The notes beneath the pieces were generated by a model. The model ran no database searches. It was given only the letters and a program-made list of their open reading frames with translations, and was not told the DNA's origin. A stretch of 64,000 nucleotides of DNA, taken from the NCBI RefSeq assembly GCF_000143415.4, contig NW_003314270.1, positions 536,666 through 600,665 on the forward strand, read 5' to 3'. Positions 36,638-49,877 of this stretch are shown one piece after another. The translations under genes were made by a program, and so were the position numbers. The DNA is from Selaginella moellendorffii (taxonomy: Eukaryota > Plantae > Lycopodiophyta). Within the stretch, counting starts at the first letter, position 1, and the number at the start of each line of letters is the position of its first letter.

Positions 36638-39600
36638 TGTAAGCGACTAAATTTTCCATTCTACTTTAGTCACTTAACCACACCTCCGACCACTTGGAGG
36701 AGTCTCATTCACAACCTCCATCAGTCCAATTCAGGACTTGGGACTTGCTAGCCCCAAGAATGGCATCCATGCCACTCCACACTTGCACCTGGTCTAAGTG
36801 CTCCACGTGTCCGGTCTTGAGACCGACACCCAAAGGTACCACTGACATCTCGGCCCGTTACGCTAAGGCCATGCCCATTCACCTTTGCTGCACTAGTGGT
36901 TCAACACCACTTGCATCACCACCTCGTCTCTCCAAGACTGGGCCATGTGTCCACGAGTGGTCATCCTAGATCCACTCCTTAGCATCCTTAGGATGCCCAC
37001 AGACCTGGGGAATTGCCTTCCCCAAAGTCCCTTTGTCAGTTCCTACCAAGTCCCTTTCTGCCCCTGGCCGTGTTTGCCAACACTGCCACTGGATCGAGGC
37101 CCACAGGCCCGACCACTAAGTCCCACGGTCCTCTGGGACTTCCTCACCACATGACTGTGTCCTTGGTCACTACCCCAGAGGACTGCTCCTCTTCCTTTCC
37201 CCAGTCTGGGCCTTTGGGACAACATTTCGGAACACCGTGGCCTTACGCGAGCCACCTGGGTACTCTCCCCACCTATCGCCTTTAGGTGCTCTAGCCATGG
37301 GCTTAGAGCGGGTTCCGTTGAGCCACGCCTGGTATCCAAGTAGGTAGTGCCACCCACACTTGGACTGGGAGCATCGGCCAGTCGATCTCCCGGGGGAACT
37401 AGAGCCGGCTCTTGAACACTTCACCAAGCTACCCCGCTTGTCGGTCTGTGTTCACTCTAGTCTTGGACTTCCCAGTGGGCAGCTCATCACCCAACACTGG
37501 GTCTGGCCTTCCTGGGCCAAACTGGCCTTTCCTGGCCAAACTGGCTCCACTACAGTCCTCCCCCTTACTATACTTTTGGGGCTCACCAAACCCCCCAGGG
37601 TCTGGGAGACGAACGCTTTGGGCTTTCACCCTCTCAGGCTCCGGACTCGGACTCGGACTCGGACTCGGACTCGGACTCAGATTCGGACTCGGACTCGGGC
37701 TCGGGCTCGGTCTCGGCCTCGGCCTCGGTCTCGGTCTCGGTCCCGATCTCGGTCTCGGTCTTGGTCTCGGTCCCGGTCTCGGTCCCGGTCTCGGTCTCGA
37801 CTTCGGACTCCATCTCGGACTCCATCTCGGACTCCATCTCGGACTCCATCTCGGGTCCATCTCGGGTCCATCTCGGACTCCATCTCGGGTCCATCTCGGA
37901 CTCCATCTCGGACTCCATCTCGGACTCCATCTCGGGTCCATCTCGGACTCCATCTCGGCGTCCATCTCGGGTCCATCTCGGACTCCATCTCGGACTCCAT
38001 TTCAGGTCCATCTCGGGTCCACCTCGGACTCCATCTCGGACTCCACTTCGGACTCCAACTCGAGTCCATCTCGGACTCCACTTCGGACTCCAACTCGAGT
38101 CCATCTCGGACACTCCCACGTGTCATGTGTTGGTCCTTTTGGGTCCCTTTTTGGAGCCTCGCCTTTTGCTCGCTTCGTGCTCGTTCCTCGAGCACTTCGT
38201 TGGGAGTTCCACTCCCGCTCTTGACTTTTCAAGTCGGAGCTCTTGGTCCAAACGTGTTACGCTCGTTTGGCTCTCGCTTCGGCCACTACCATGTGGCGCC
38301 CTTCCGGCTCCACTTTGGGGCCTAGGGATTTTGTGTCTCACAACTCCACCACCCATAGACGAAGTTCGATGTCCTCATCGAACGGTAAACCATTTTATAA
38401 AGTAACACTCACATGTGTTACCATTTCCATCCTTGGCCCCTAGCCAATATTTGTCAATGGTTTGACATTGAAGGCTCACCATGCCTTCTCCATATTCGTC
38501 AATGGTTCGACACCAAAGGCTCACCATGCCTTGCCCATCCTCTAAGGAGGATAGTCTCTCCAGCTTAGAGACTCACTTGACCACCTGGGGTGGTTTGCTC
38601 CTTTTTATTGGTTCAGTTCTCGCTAAACCCGTTAGAGACCCTTCTCTAAGTCAGTCCCACTACTCCTTCTCGAGTAGTCTCGATTTCCATCGATATAACC
38701 TTTGCACTTTGGGAACTTTGAATTTTGACTTCTTGGAGTCAATTTCCTAGGTGTCTCCGACACCTTGCCTTGCACCTTTTGTGCAACTCCACTTCCCATC
38801 CTAGGAAGTTCTCTACTCGAGGGCACCATCATCCTCTCTTTTATTTCGTGCCAAAGTTCCAGTTATCATACTTTGTGCTAGGGCTGTTCATGGCCCTATC
38901 ATTTGGCTACCTTACCGCTCCCTCCCTTGGAGCTTCCACTTTCACCAAATCGGAGCATTTCGGAATCCCTCCTTGGAAACACACTTCCTTTCCCGCAACT
39001 TGTTAGCGTCCAACACATTAGTGTTCCTCGCCTAACTTTGTCACTTGGATTCCTTCCAAAGGATTCCACGGCCCTATCTTGGCCACTCATCTTTTGCTCC
39101 TATCCGTTGATTGTTGCACCAAGCAACATCGAATCTCTACCTCCCTCCTTGAGGTATTGTTTCGGTTCCATAGCAAAGACTCTTCTTTGCCAAGTCCGGA
39201 GGACGTTCACCCCTAGTACGTCTCTTTAGCATCTTCTGCTATGGGCTCTATCCACGGCCCAACTTCGTGACCCTCCCATGGGTCTTTTATAGAGACTACT
39301 TTCCTCGGACTCACTATGCCATCGCACGGACATAGTTTATTTCCCTTAGGTGCTCTTCCCACTTGGTTATCACGACCAAGCCACACCACCTTAAACAGTT
39401 CAATTTCAACATTTTGAACTAGGAACTTCATTCCTTAGCCAACCAAGGACCTTGTCCTTTTCTGGCCATAAGATCACCTAGTGATCTCACCTTGGCACCT
39501 TAACAGAGTTGCCAAGAGGTACTTGGTTTTCTAGACCTCCAAGTTGTTGACTATAACCCCGGGGGCATCCCCCACACTTGGCGGTGCACCCAAGCTAGCC

Positions 39601-42600
39601 CTTATGGCCAAGGGTTCATAGCAACTGAGATTAGGTGTCCCCATCTCACTCACCACGACCTTGGTGCCACTTGCACCAAAGTGTTCAAGTTAGATATGCT
39701 GAGCTTTCACACTAAGCAATCTAACCGTGCATCACGACTCCGAGGCATCCCTCGCTTGGCGGTGTGCCCAAACCAGTCTCCCCACTGAGAGTCCATGACC
39801 ACCGAAATATGAGTGTCCTCATATTCCAAACCATCACCACGCCCTAGTGATTTGGGACTCGAACCCAAGCACTAGAGGGTCGGGACTCGAACCCAACCTC
39901 CGTATATGCATCTACGGACGGCATCACCCTAGATGCCTGGCGTGACTCCCCACGCCGGTGCACCAACTTATTTTTAAAGCGCGCTACAGATCACAGCTTA
40001 GGAACCTAGTTCCTCCACACTGCCAAGTCCTCTCACTTGACATGTCTGTGATCATGCATGGACTCCTCCATGCTCGGCCCCATGGCCCACCCTTTTTGAA
40101 GTTATCACCTTCAACTAGGGTCTTTGTTCCCCCGACGTGCCAATCTCACTTGGCAAGTCCTCCGACCATTGTAACATGGTTCCTGCATAAGCGTGAAAGT
40201 CCTTGACCATCGACTTTCGTTCAAAGCCCTCTCTTTGAACACTCGGGAACTACTTCCCTAACCTTGATAACCTTGCCTCATGGCAAGCTTCAAGACCACG
40301 CTTCTGCTGCGCCACTCTGATTTCGCGCGTTCCATGAACCATTTACACTTGGCCTTTCTAGGTACTACGCTACCTAGAATCGTCTTTGGGAACCTTGAAG
40401 GAACTCTGTCCCTCAACTTGCTAAAGCCTCCCCTTTCGCAAGCTTTATAGTTGCCATATAGTCTAACATGGACAATTCCATATTTTAGACTCTCCATGGC
40501 ATCACGGTTGCTAGCAACAACATCCTCGAGCACCCTCTTGCTTCTCCACTCCCAACTTTCATAACCACTGTTGGATATGTCCTTTGATTTCTATGGTTCA
40601 GTTCCATCCCAATACTACTTGCCTTTGGCTTCACACCTTTCCTTCGGTCATTCTCCTCCAGACCAGGAGGATAGCTTTGCACTTTCTGTCATGCCTTAGC
40701 AAGTATTCTTAGGGATGAACCTACCCAATAGCCCAGGGAGTGGTTCCTCAATCCGGGTATGCTCACCTTATAATCCCACACACTGGGATTACATTTGTTG
40801 CTTATGGGCCTTTACATGCCCATCACTAGCCTTGCAAAATTCCATTTTTGGCTTTGTCCAACTTGGGTAGACAGTCCTCTCCTGTCTCCGCAACCTTGGA
40901 CATTTGGATAGCACCTTCTATCCATCATTCGCTAGGGACTTAGTCCCTTGGGCTTTATCCATTGCCCTCGCGATATCAAACACCACCTTCTGGTGTTCTA
41001 GAGTGTTCGGGTGTCCCAATGATGGCTTTCTTGACAATGAGTATTTCCTTTTATGACATTGACTTACTATATCGCAACATAAGAAACTTATCCCCCGTAA
41101 GGGTATATCCGACTTCCCTATACTAGAAGTCTTGGGTAGCTACCTTCTACCCGTTTAATCAGTTATTTTGCACCTCTTGCTTAGTTGCCTCATAGTTGTC
41201 AAGTCCTACAACTCATTGCTTGGTGCTTTCACACCTCCATCACTATCTGGGTCACCACACTCCAACTGCATGCTCTGCAGCTTAGGCTATGCCATTCCCA
41301 TTTCCATTGGGATTCCTTTGGCAAGGGGTTCTCATGAACCCACCAACATAGCCTCAAGGTATCACACCTTGGCACATTTGGTGTCTCCACACCATCGGCT
41401 CCACGAGCCTACCTCTATGACATTTCCCTTCGTGTCTAAGTCTTCGCCAAGACCAACACCGCTCTTTCTCATGCCAACCATCTGTTAGCACTGCCCCATA
41501 GAGGTCACACACAACTTTATGTCAAAGTTGTTTTCTTCTGGGAACACCTTTCCCATAACTTTAGCATGGCACATTGCCATCGATGAGATACTCTCTGTTC
41601 TCATCCTTGGATCCTATGATCCCCCCCCATCCTTTGTGGGGTACAATGCACCTCAGTCCAAATGCTTCTATCAGTCCTTTTAGGACCATCCCTTGACTCT
41701 ACTTGAGTCGTCTAGCAGTTTTGGACTTGGTTAATCCACCGACCCGTAAGGTCCTACTTGTGAGGCACTAGCTCACTGGAATACACATCTTGCATTCCGG
41801 TCCTACTCAAAAGGACTATTTTCACAAGTGTTACTCCGACACTTGATTTTGTTCTCTGGGGGCAACCTTTGCCCCTTAGGACTACTTGTCCATGTGATGA
41901 GAATACCAACTCATCCACTTAATACACCCCCAACTCCTTGGGTTGTTCCAGCATTTATTAGAGGTAGCCCCGGCTACCATTTCAAGGACTTGAGTCCTCT
42001 TCCGTATTTGACCTTCCACGGTCATTACCTTTGGTCTCACATTCATGAGCACCAACCTCAACTATATGAGGATAATCTTGTGACTCCTTTATTATTTTGG
42101 AGTCTCTATCTTTCCCGTGATCCCAACTTTAGTTGTTTACCACAACAACCTTAGCCAATTTGCTGAGACAAATGCTTATCCGGATCACATCCTCAACTCA
42201 ATGAGGAAAACCTTGCACTGTTCCCAAGATCCCAAAGTCGTTCCATTATTGGCCCTTTTCTATCCACCACCTCGTCTACAAGTTCACACATGAACTGTAA
42301 TAGAGAGCCATGTCTTCCCGACTTGCTACTCCTCAAGGATAGGCCCACTCCTCGGACCTTCCGATGCCAACACTAGTGGTGATATACTTGAGCACCAATA
42401 AAAGTCGGACTAAGGAACAGCTCCGATACCAAATTGTAAGCGACTAAATTTTCCATTCTACTTTAGTCACTTAACCACACCTCCGACCACTTGGAGGAGT
42501 CTCATTCACAACCTCCATCAGTCCAATTCAGGACTTGGGACTTGCTAGCCCCAAGAATGGCATCCATGCCACTCCACACTTGCACCTGGTCTAAGTGCTC

Positions 42601-44117
42601 CACGTGTCCGGTCCTGAGACCGACACCCAAAGGTACCACTGACATCTCGGCCCGTTACGCTAAGGCCATGCCCATTCACCTTTGCTGCACTAGTGGTTCA
42701 ACACCACTTGCATCACCACCTCGTCTCTCCAAGACTGGGCCATGTGTCCACGAGTGGTCATCCTAGATCCACTCCTTAGCATCCTTAGGATGCCCACAGA
42801 CCTGGGGAGTTGCCTTCCCCAAAGTCCCTTTGTCAGTTCCTACCAAGTCCCTTTCTGCCCTTGGCCGTGTTTGCCAACACTGCCACTGGATCGAGGCCCA
42901 CAGGCCCGACCACTAAGTCCCACGGTCCTCTGGGACTTCCTCACCACATGACTGTGTCCTTGGTCACTACCCCAGAGGACTACTCCTCTTCCTTTCCACA
43001 GTCTGGGCCTTTGGGACAACATTTCGGAACACCGTGGCCTTACGCGAGCCACCTGGGTACTCTCCCCACCTATCGCCTTTAGGTGCTCTAGCCATGGGCT
43101 TAGAGCGGGTTCCGTTGAGCCACGCCTGGTATCCAAGTAGGTAGTGCCACCCACACTTGGACTGGGAGCATCGGCCAGTCGATCTCCCGGGGGAACTAGA
43201 GCCGGCTCTTGAACACTTCACCAAGCTACCCCGCTTGTCGGTCTGTGTTCACTCTAGTCTTGGACTTCCCAGTGGGCAGCTCATCACCCAACACTGGGTC
43301 TGGCCTTCCTGGGCCAAACTGGCCTTTCCTGGCCAAACTGGCTCCACTGCAGTCCTCCCCCTTACTATACTTTTGGGGCTCACCAAACCCCCCAGGGTCT
43401 GGGAGACGAACGCTTTGGGCTTTCACCCTCTCAGGCTCCGGACTCGGACTCGGACTCGGACTCGGACTCGGACTCAGATTCGGACTCGGACTCGGGCTCG
43501 GGCTCGGTCTCGGCCTCGGCCTCGGTCTCGGTCTCGGTCCCGATCTCGGTCTCGGTCTTGGTCTCGGTCCCGGTCTCGGTCCCGGTCTCGGTCTCGACTT
43601 CGGACTCCATCTCGGACTCCATCTCGGACTCCATCTCGGACTCCATCTCGGGTCCATCTCGGACTCCATCTCGGCGTCCATCTCGGACTCCATCTCGGAC
43701 TCCATCTCGGACTCCATTTCGGGTCCATCTCGGGTCCACCTCGGACTCCATCTCGGCGTCCATCTCGGGTCCATCTCGGACTCCACTTCAGACTCCAACT
43801 CGAGTCCATCTCGGACTCCACTTCGGACTCCAACTCGAGTCCATCTCGGACTCCACTTCGGACTCCAACTCGAGTCCATCTCGGACACTCCCACGTGTCA
43901 TGTGTTGGTCCTTTTGGGTCCCTTTTTGGAGCCTCGCCTTTTGCTCGCTTCGTGCTCGTTCCTCGAGCACTTCGTTGGGAGTTCCACTCCCGCTCTTGAC
44001 TTTTCAAGTCGGAGCTCTTGGTCCAAACGTGTTACGCTCGTTTGGCTCTCGCTTCGGCCACTACCATGTGGCGCCCTTCCGGCTCCACTTTGGGGCCTAG
44101 GGATTTTGTGTCTCACA
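36638..44117 (-). mobile_element. Family B copy B2 nested in A3; LTRs 36638-38342 and 42435-44117
   Basis: TSD TTTAC (36633-36637 / 44118-44122). Same PBS, PPT and internal region as B1. Confidence 0.95.
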
Positions 44118-47100
44118 TTTACGAAGTTGCTTGGGTAAATGATGATCAACCCCAAAGTGGTTGATGGAGAAGCTAGTCTACTTGCACAAAGTAGCATTGT
44201 AGTAGCTTTGACTGGATTCTCGCTGGTGGTCCATTATGCTAAGCTTATGTTGGTACCTTGTTTCCTTGAGGGTTTGCCCATAAGGTGTTGGGAATGGGTT
44301 GTAGCATTCATTTGCTATAGCTCATCTGTTGATCCGTTAGCACTTGGAGTAGATTATTGGATGGAGAAGGTGTGAGGTTGATGCATTGACATCGCTAGCA
44401 CTTGTGTTAGTGGAAGTGGCATTGTTGATTCGAGTGATGAGGAATTTTCCTTAGAGCTTGATTTTCCATGTCATTTTTCTTGTTAGTGTTTTGGCTTCAC
44501 ATTGGATCTTGAAGGTGATTGAAGAAGAGTGTTAGTGCAATATGGATATCCGAAGATGTGGTCTTCGTGATCAAGCCTTGGATGTTCATTTTGCACTTTG
44601 CGGATGTCGGTGTTGGATATTGGAAAAATGGGCAAAGATGTTCGATGCTTAAGCATATTGATGGATCATGAGAATTTGTGTTGAGGTGAACCTATGTGAA
44701 GTTGTAGGTAGGAGGAAGTTGGTTGAGTCTTGAAAGTTTGCAATCCTGGACTGAGAGTCATTCTTTCTCTAGGATGGGAAATTTTCCACAAATTTTCTTA
44801 GACTTCTCCAATGGCTGATCTGTTGGTCACTTTGCTCGAAAACCATTCCGTTTTCGTAAGCCAGTACAAACTAGTGAAGGGGTTGGAGTTGACTTCGGTT
44901 GGCTTAGATCTTAGTAGGTAGTTTGTAAGATGCGACCCGAAAGGGATGCTAACTTTTGGGGCTAGAGCAATTGAGTTGGATAGAGTCTGGAGTTGGTGTA
45001 GAAAAGTGGCTGTTGTGCTTTTCTAAGAAAGGTGACCCTTGTGCCTTTCTTTTGTAGCATTGTGCTTGGTGGCAGTTTGCACCTTGCATTACGTTAGACT
45101 CTATGAGAGTAGTGAGCTCTCACTGATCTTGACTTGGTCTTGGTGGCTGCACCTTGGCTGAGGATGGTGATGTCCAACTTAGTTGTTTGAGGTTAAGATG
45201 TTGGTACCTGTACTATAGCTTTGTCTATGAGGAGGTTGTGTACCGATATGAGTTCATCTCATGGTCTTCACTTTCGTTTCGGCTGAGTGTTGATCATGCA
45301 TAGCTAGCCTCTTCAAGACATGCTCAGAGCTAGTGGCTAAATGTTTGAGTGAGCTTATTGCGGTTGAGTTGGATTCGGGTGGTCATTTAGTTTGTGCTTG
45401 TCTATGAACTTTTATCTCGTACCTGGGGTATTATGTTCATGTTGGACAAGTATGTGACTTGATGATATGAGTTGGTGTTTGGGTCTTGTGAACGTAAGTT
45501 GAAGAGTGATTGTTAGTTGCTTTGCGACTAGTGATTACTTGTAGACTTCATCAAAGACAGTTGACACTTGCTTTGCTCGATGATGATTTAGCAGTGATGG
45601 GCTTGCTTTACCGGATGGTGTTGCGGAGGATCGTGTCGTTAGACTTGCATAGGTTTTCTATGTTAGTATATCGATTCTATCTCTGTCGATATCATTTGGT
45701 TACGTTTAGTCTGTGGTGTTGGATTTCATTGAGTCTTGGATGTGGTGATTCACTCTTTGATGAAATGTTATCTGTAACTGAGTATTGCTGAAGGATTGGT
45801 CTCGGATACTAAGTAAAGTATCTTTGACCTGATTAGCTTAGTTGCTAGGAAGTTTTGAGTGGTGATTCACTTGTGCTTTCTTCTAGCTTTGTTATGGTGT
45901 TAATGGCATTGAAGTGATGCCTTATCGTTGATATTATTGATGTTGAGATTTGAGTGAAATGAGATGTCTCTCCGCAAGATTGATGTCGAGTTTCGTTAGT
46001 CTTGATGAAGATAGTGTTGATGATTTGGCTGTAGCTTTGTGTTGTTGGCATTCGTGCAATTGCTAATTAGCAACTGCATTGACGTTCAAATGAACTGAGT
46101 GGCAAGTTTGGGTTAGTTGTGTTCTAGACGAGATTGCTTAGTTGAGGTTGAGCTTTAGCTTTTCCTTGAAAAGTGATTTAGTCGTGGACAATGCTACCTT
46201 TAAGAGAGGAAGAATTAGTGTTCGATATTAAACTATTTGATTCCTTATTGGATTTCAGTTGGGATATATCGATCATTGATGATTTTTCTTATGCTTGTTA
46301 TGAGGTGAGTTACGTCTTGCTGTAGATGGATTCATGGAGGATCGTTTGGTGATCACTTGTTGAGCATAACTTTGCTATGCTTAGCTTTTGGATTGATGCA
46401 GAAATGCTCTTCATTAGCTTTGCATTATGAAGTTTGGCTTATGGATATGTTGAGGAGGATATTGTGGGTTGCACCATGATTTCTTCTTTAACATTAAAGT
46501 TGGTTCATGCAAGACTTGTGATTATTGTTAGACAAGATATGGCTATAGGCTTCTTCGAGCTTTTGGTTCTTTGAGTTTTATGCTCATTGTTCCATTTGTT
46601 AGAAGTTGTTGGGGAAGGCATTTTTGGCTCATTAGCTTCGATGTTGAAGTTGGCTTTTGCATTTAGCAATCATTGGTGATGATTGACTATCATCTAGGAA
46701 AGTTGATTATCCTTGTCGAAGGTTTTGCTTGATTATCGTTGACCTAGAATGATTTGCCATTCTTCGGGATAGTGGATTCTTTCTTCAATGACGATTATGC
46801 ATCTCTTTATTGATGGGATGATTGATGATCTTTCATGATGGTTAGTTGTTCTCTTTGATGGCTTATGGCTTTTTGCAATACCACATGTTGTTTGTGGTTT
46901 GCTCTGGATTGGTCTTTTGGGTTTGAGACATCAGTAGGATGTTGCTAACACTTGCTTGAGCAACTCTGGTTCCTTGGTATTGTTGATTGAGATCTATTCA
47001 GATTTGCTAGCGCAATAGTTGATATGAACAAGTGTTTGTTTGCTTTGCAACATTCATTTTGATCTGTTGATTGTTGCTCGAGTTAGTTTTGATAGATTTG

Positions 47101-49877
47101 GATGTTATTTCCTTTGGGTGATACATTTGCGAGCTTTGTGCTTGTCAGTCAATGCTACTTTGTGTTCTTTGAGTTCTCTCTAGTAAGTTGTTGGCTTACT
47201 GTCTACTATCTTCGGTAGTTAAGTTTCATCATTGAGTTTCCTTGATGATATATTAGCTATTGAATTTTGTTGGCTGGTGATTCTTATGTTTACCAGTTAT
47301 AATGATCTTGTTGGTTCCTATACTGTAATACTAGTTTATCGGATGATAACTTGTTTAGAATACTTTTGTGTTCTACTCTAAGATATAATCACTAGTAATT
47401 AAGCTTCTCAGATATCATTGTCTCTGACTTTGATATTGTCCATCTATTGATCTTTGAGTTTGGGCCAGTAATAGGCAGACTGGCTTCGGCACTTCGTGTG
47501 CATGGTGAAATCTCTAGTCATGGGGTAGCTGCTGTCGACTGGTCACATAACCCGCCTCTCTGTCGATGTTCCTTGTTACGTTGAAAGGGCGTGACCGTGT
47601 AAACAACTCTAACTGCCTGTTGACAGTAGTCTATCTAAACCTTACCGACGGGTTTGGTTTCTTTGCTCAGGAGGGTTGGGGCCTCTGGCTTCTCTCTCTA
47701 TGTTCCTGCGGGCAGGGCATATCACACTTTTGTAGCTGGGTGACGCCCAGAGCAGCAAGGGTGGCTGACTCCGTTGGTCATTTCCTTGTCGGCGACGGCC
47801 GGGAGGTGTCTGAGCTGGTAGCGCATCCGCGTTAGACAAAGAGGTTGCCCCCTTAACTCATTTAAGTTGGTGCATTTCTCACATAGTGTGAGTACCGTGA
47901 ACTTTTTCTGGAGTTGTTTCCTTGGCGGTATTCTAGACTCGAGTGTGCATCGACGAGGACGTCGATCTTCCCAAGGGGGGGAGAGTGTCGCGAATGTGAC
48001 TTCGGGTATCGAAAGTTACTTGTCGGCTAGTCCTTACGGACACTCTTACCTTACTGCCACGATGGCAGGAGGTCGGTATTGTTGGACCCGTTATCAGTTT
48101 CCCACTTGAGCTAGTTGAGAAACTGGTCAATGACCATGCACTTAGATTGGATAAACATAAGGTAGGAACCCTATGTGTTTCTTGCTGAGCATACTCGGCC
48201 TGGTTTGAGAAACTTGAGTCATTGGCTTGCACTTGCTAGTATCAAGAACCCCCGCGATATTGAGATTGGTCCCTCAACATCGCTACATGATAGCTTACCG
48301 TGTCTGCCAAACACCCTCGCTATCATGCCCTTTGTGTTAGTCTCATTTTGGTCCCAAATGCTATTTATGGAAAGTGTCCAGATTTGCTCATTTGGCATAT
48401 CTACGGAATGTAGAGATTGGCCTGAACACAATGGTGTTTGTCCCGTGTCCAAATTCGCAATCTAAGGACATTCCATATTTAGTAAGTTTCGAGCTTGTCC
48501 CAGAGACTAACTCTTGATACTAAGGGAGGCTTGGGGTGAAAGCCCAAAGCGTGTGTTCCTCAAGGGGGGGGGGCTATGGGGGGTTCCAAATGTATAGTAG
48601 GGATAGTGGGTAGGTCGGGCATGGCCGACCAACCTGAGGCATAGTCTAGCTCCCGCTTGCGTGCCTGTCCTTGTTCTGCGTCCGGCTTGGGTCTAAGCCC
48701 AAGTTCCATTCCATGCTAGTTGGTGGAGTACCCATATCCTCGCGTTAGGCCACCGGTATGCCGAAATAGCGCCAGACTCCGTTTGGCTCCGTTTTGCGTG
48801 CTGGTCCTGGCATTGGGATGCTGGTTGCTCTAGGACTGTTCCAAGTCGCTCCGGGCCCCTGTCCCTTCACTCCTTGGGCTATATGCTCGGGAGTTGCTCC
48901 GTGGTCCGGTTCCATCACTCCTTGGCGTCACGCTTGGGAGTTTGGCACCGTTCCTTCGTTCAGTGGCCCAAGGCCCTGAACCTCGGGTTACTATGGACAC
49001 GTGGCACGGACACGTGGTATGTGACACGTGGCATTTGTCACGTGGCACAAAGAGGGTTTAGGTTCCGCTTCGTGGTGTTATCCTATGGTAAATCACCATA
49101 GGATAAAGGGTCAAAACCACGTGCGCTACACAATCCTTCAAAATCAGTAGTGCGCCCAAGTGATATCGGTCCTAGTTCCTCAATAGCAGTTGATGGTAAA
49201 TACAATATAGTCGATTCAATGTGCTAATGAGTTTGTTTTTAGTAGCCAGTAAGGAGGATACCATCTCAATCGAAGGGAGATATTTGGACATGCATATGGA
49301 TCCGCCAGTGGACTCTACTTGCCTACAAGAGTTATCAGAGCTGGTGGAGGCTACTATCCATATCAACGCCAAGCAAGTTGACCACGCTCCACTTGATGCT
49401 GCCCATACCACTGAGTCAATCTTGTCCACGTATCCAACTGACGGTGACCAGGCGCCATTGGACCCGCATGAGGCCGCCCCAGCCGCTGAGCCGGTCGTAT
49501 CCTCATTTCCAACGGACTCAACGTGTGCCCAATCGTCTGACTACGGGCCGTTGGAACCTCCCTACACCGCCCCTGCTGCCTGTTTGGTCATGTCCACTTT
49601 GCCAACGGAGGCACCAGCTGAAATAGCGTGTGATCACACGCCATCGGAACCACCCCATACCACTATTGAGCCAGTTTTACCAGAGTCTACAGCTGAAATG
49701 GCATGTGCCCACACACCATCGGATGCGATTGACCCCACATTGCAGAGGAGAGTATTTCCGCCCTTCACGTTTCCTCGACCAAAACCCTCTCAACGACCAT
49801 CAGGAGCACCATTCGCTAATATTGTAGATGGTAAAATTGACTTGTACCATTTTTTATGCTGACGCATTTCATTTCAG

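Larger units (their letters stand above)
34365..49130 (+). mobile_element. Family A copy A3 (contains nested B2); LTRs 34365-35509 and 47986-49130
   Basis: TSD CAATC (34360-34364 / 49131-49135). PBS TGGTATCAGAG at 35512-35522; PPT AAGGGGGGGAGAG before 47986. Confidence 0.95.
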
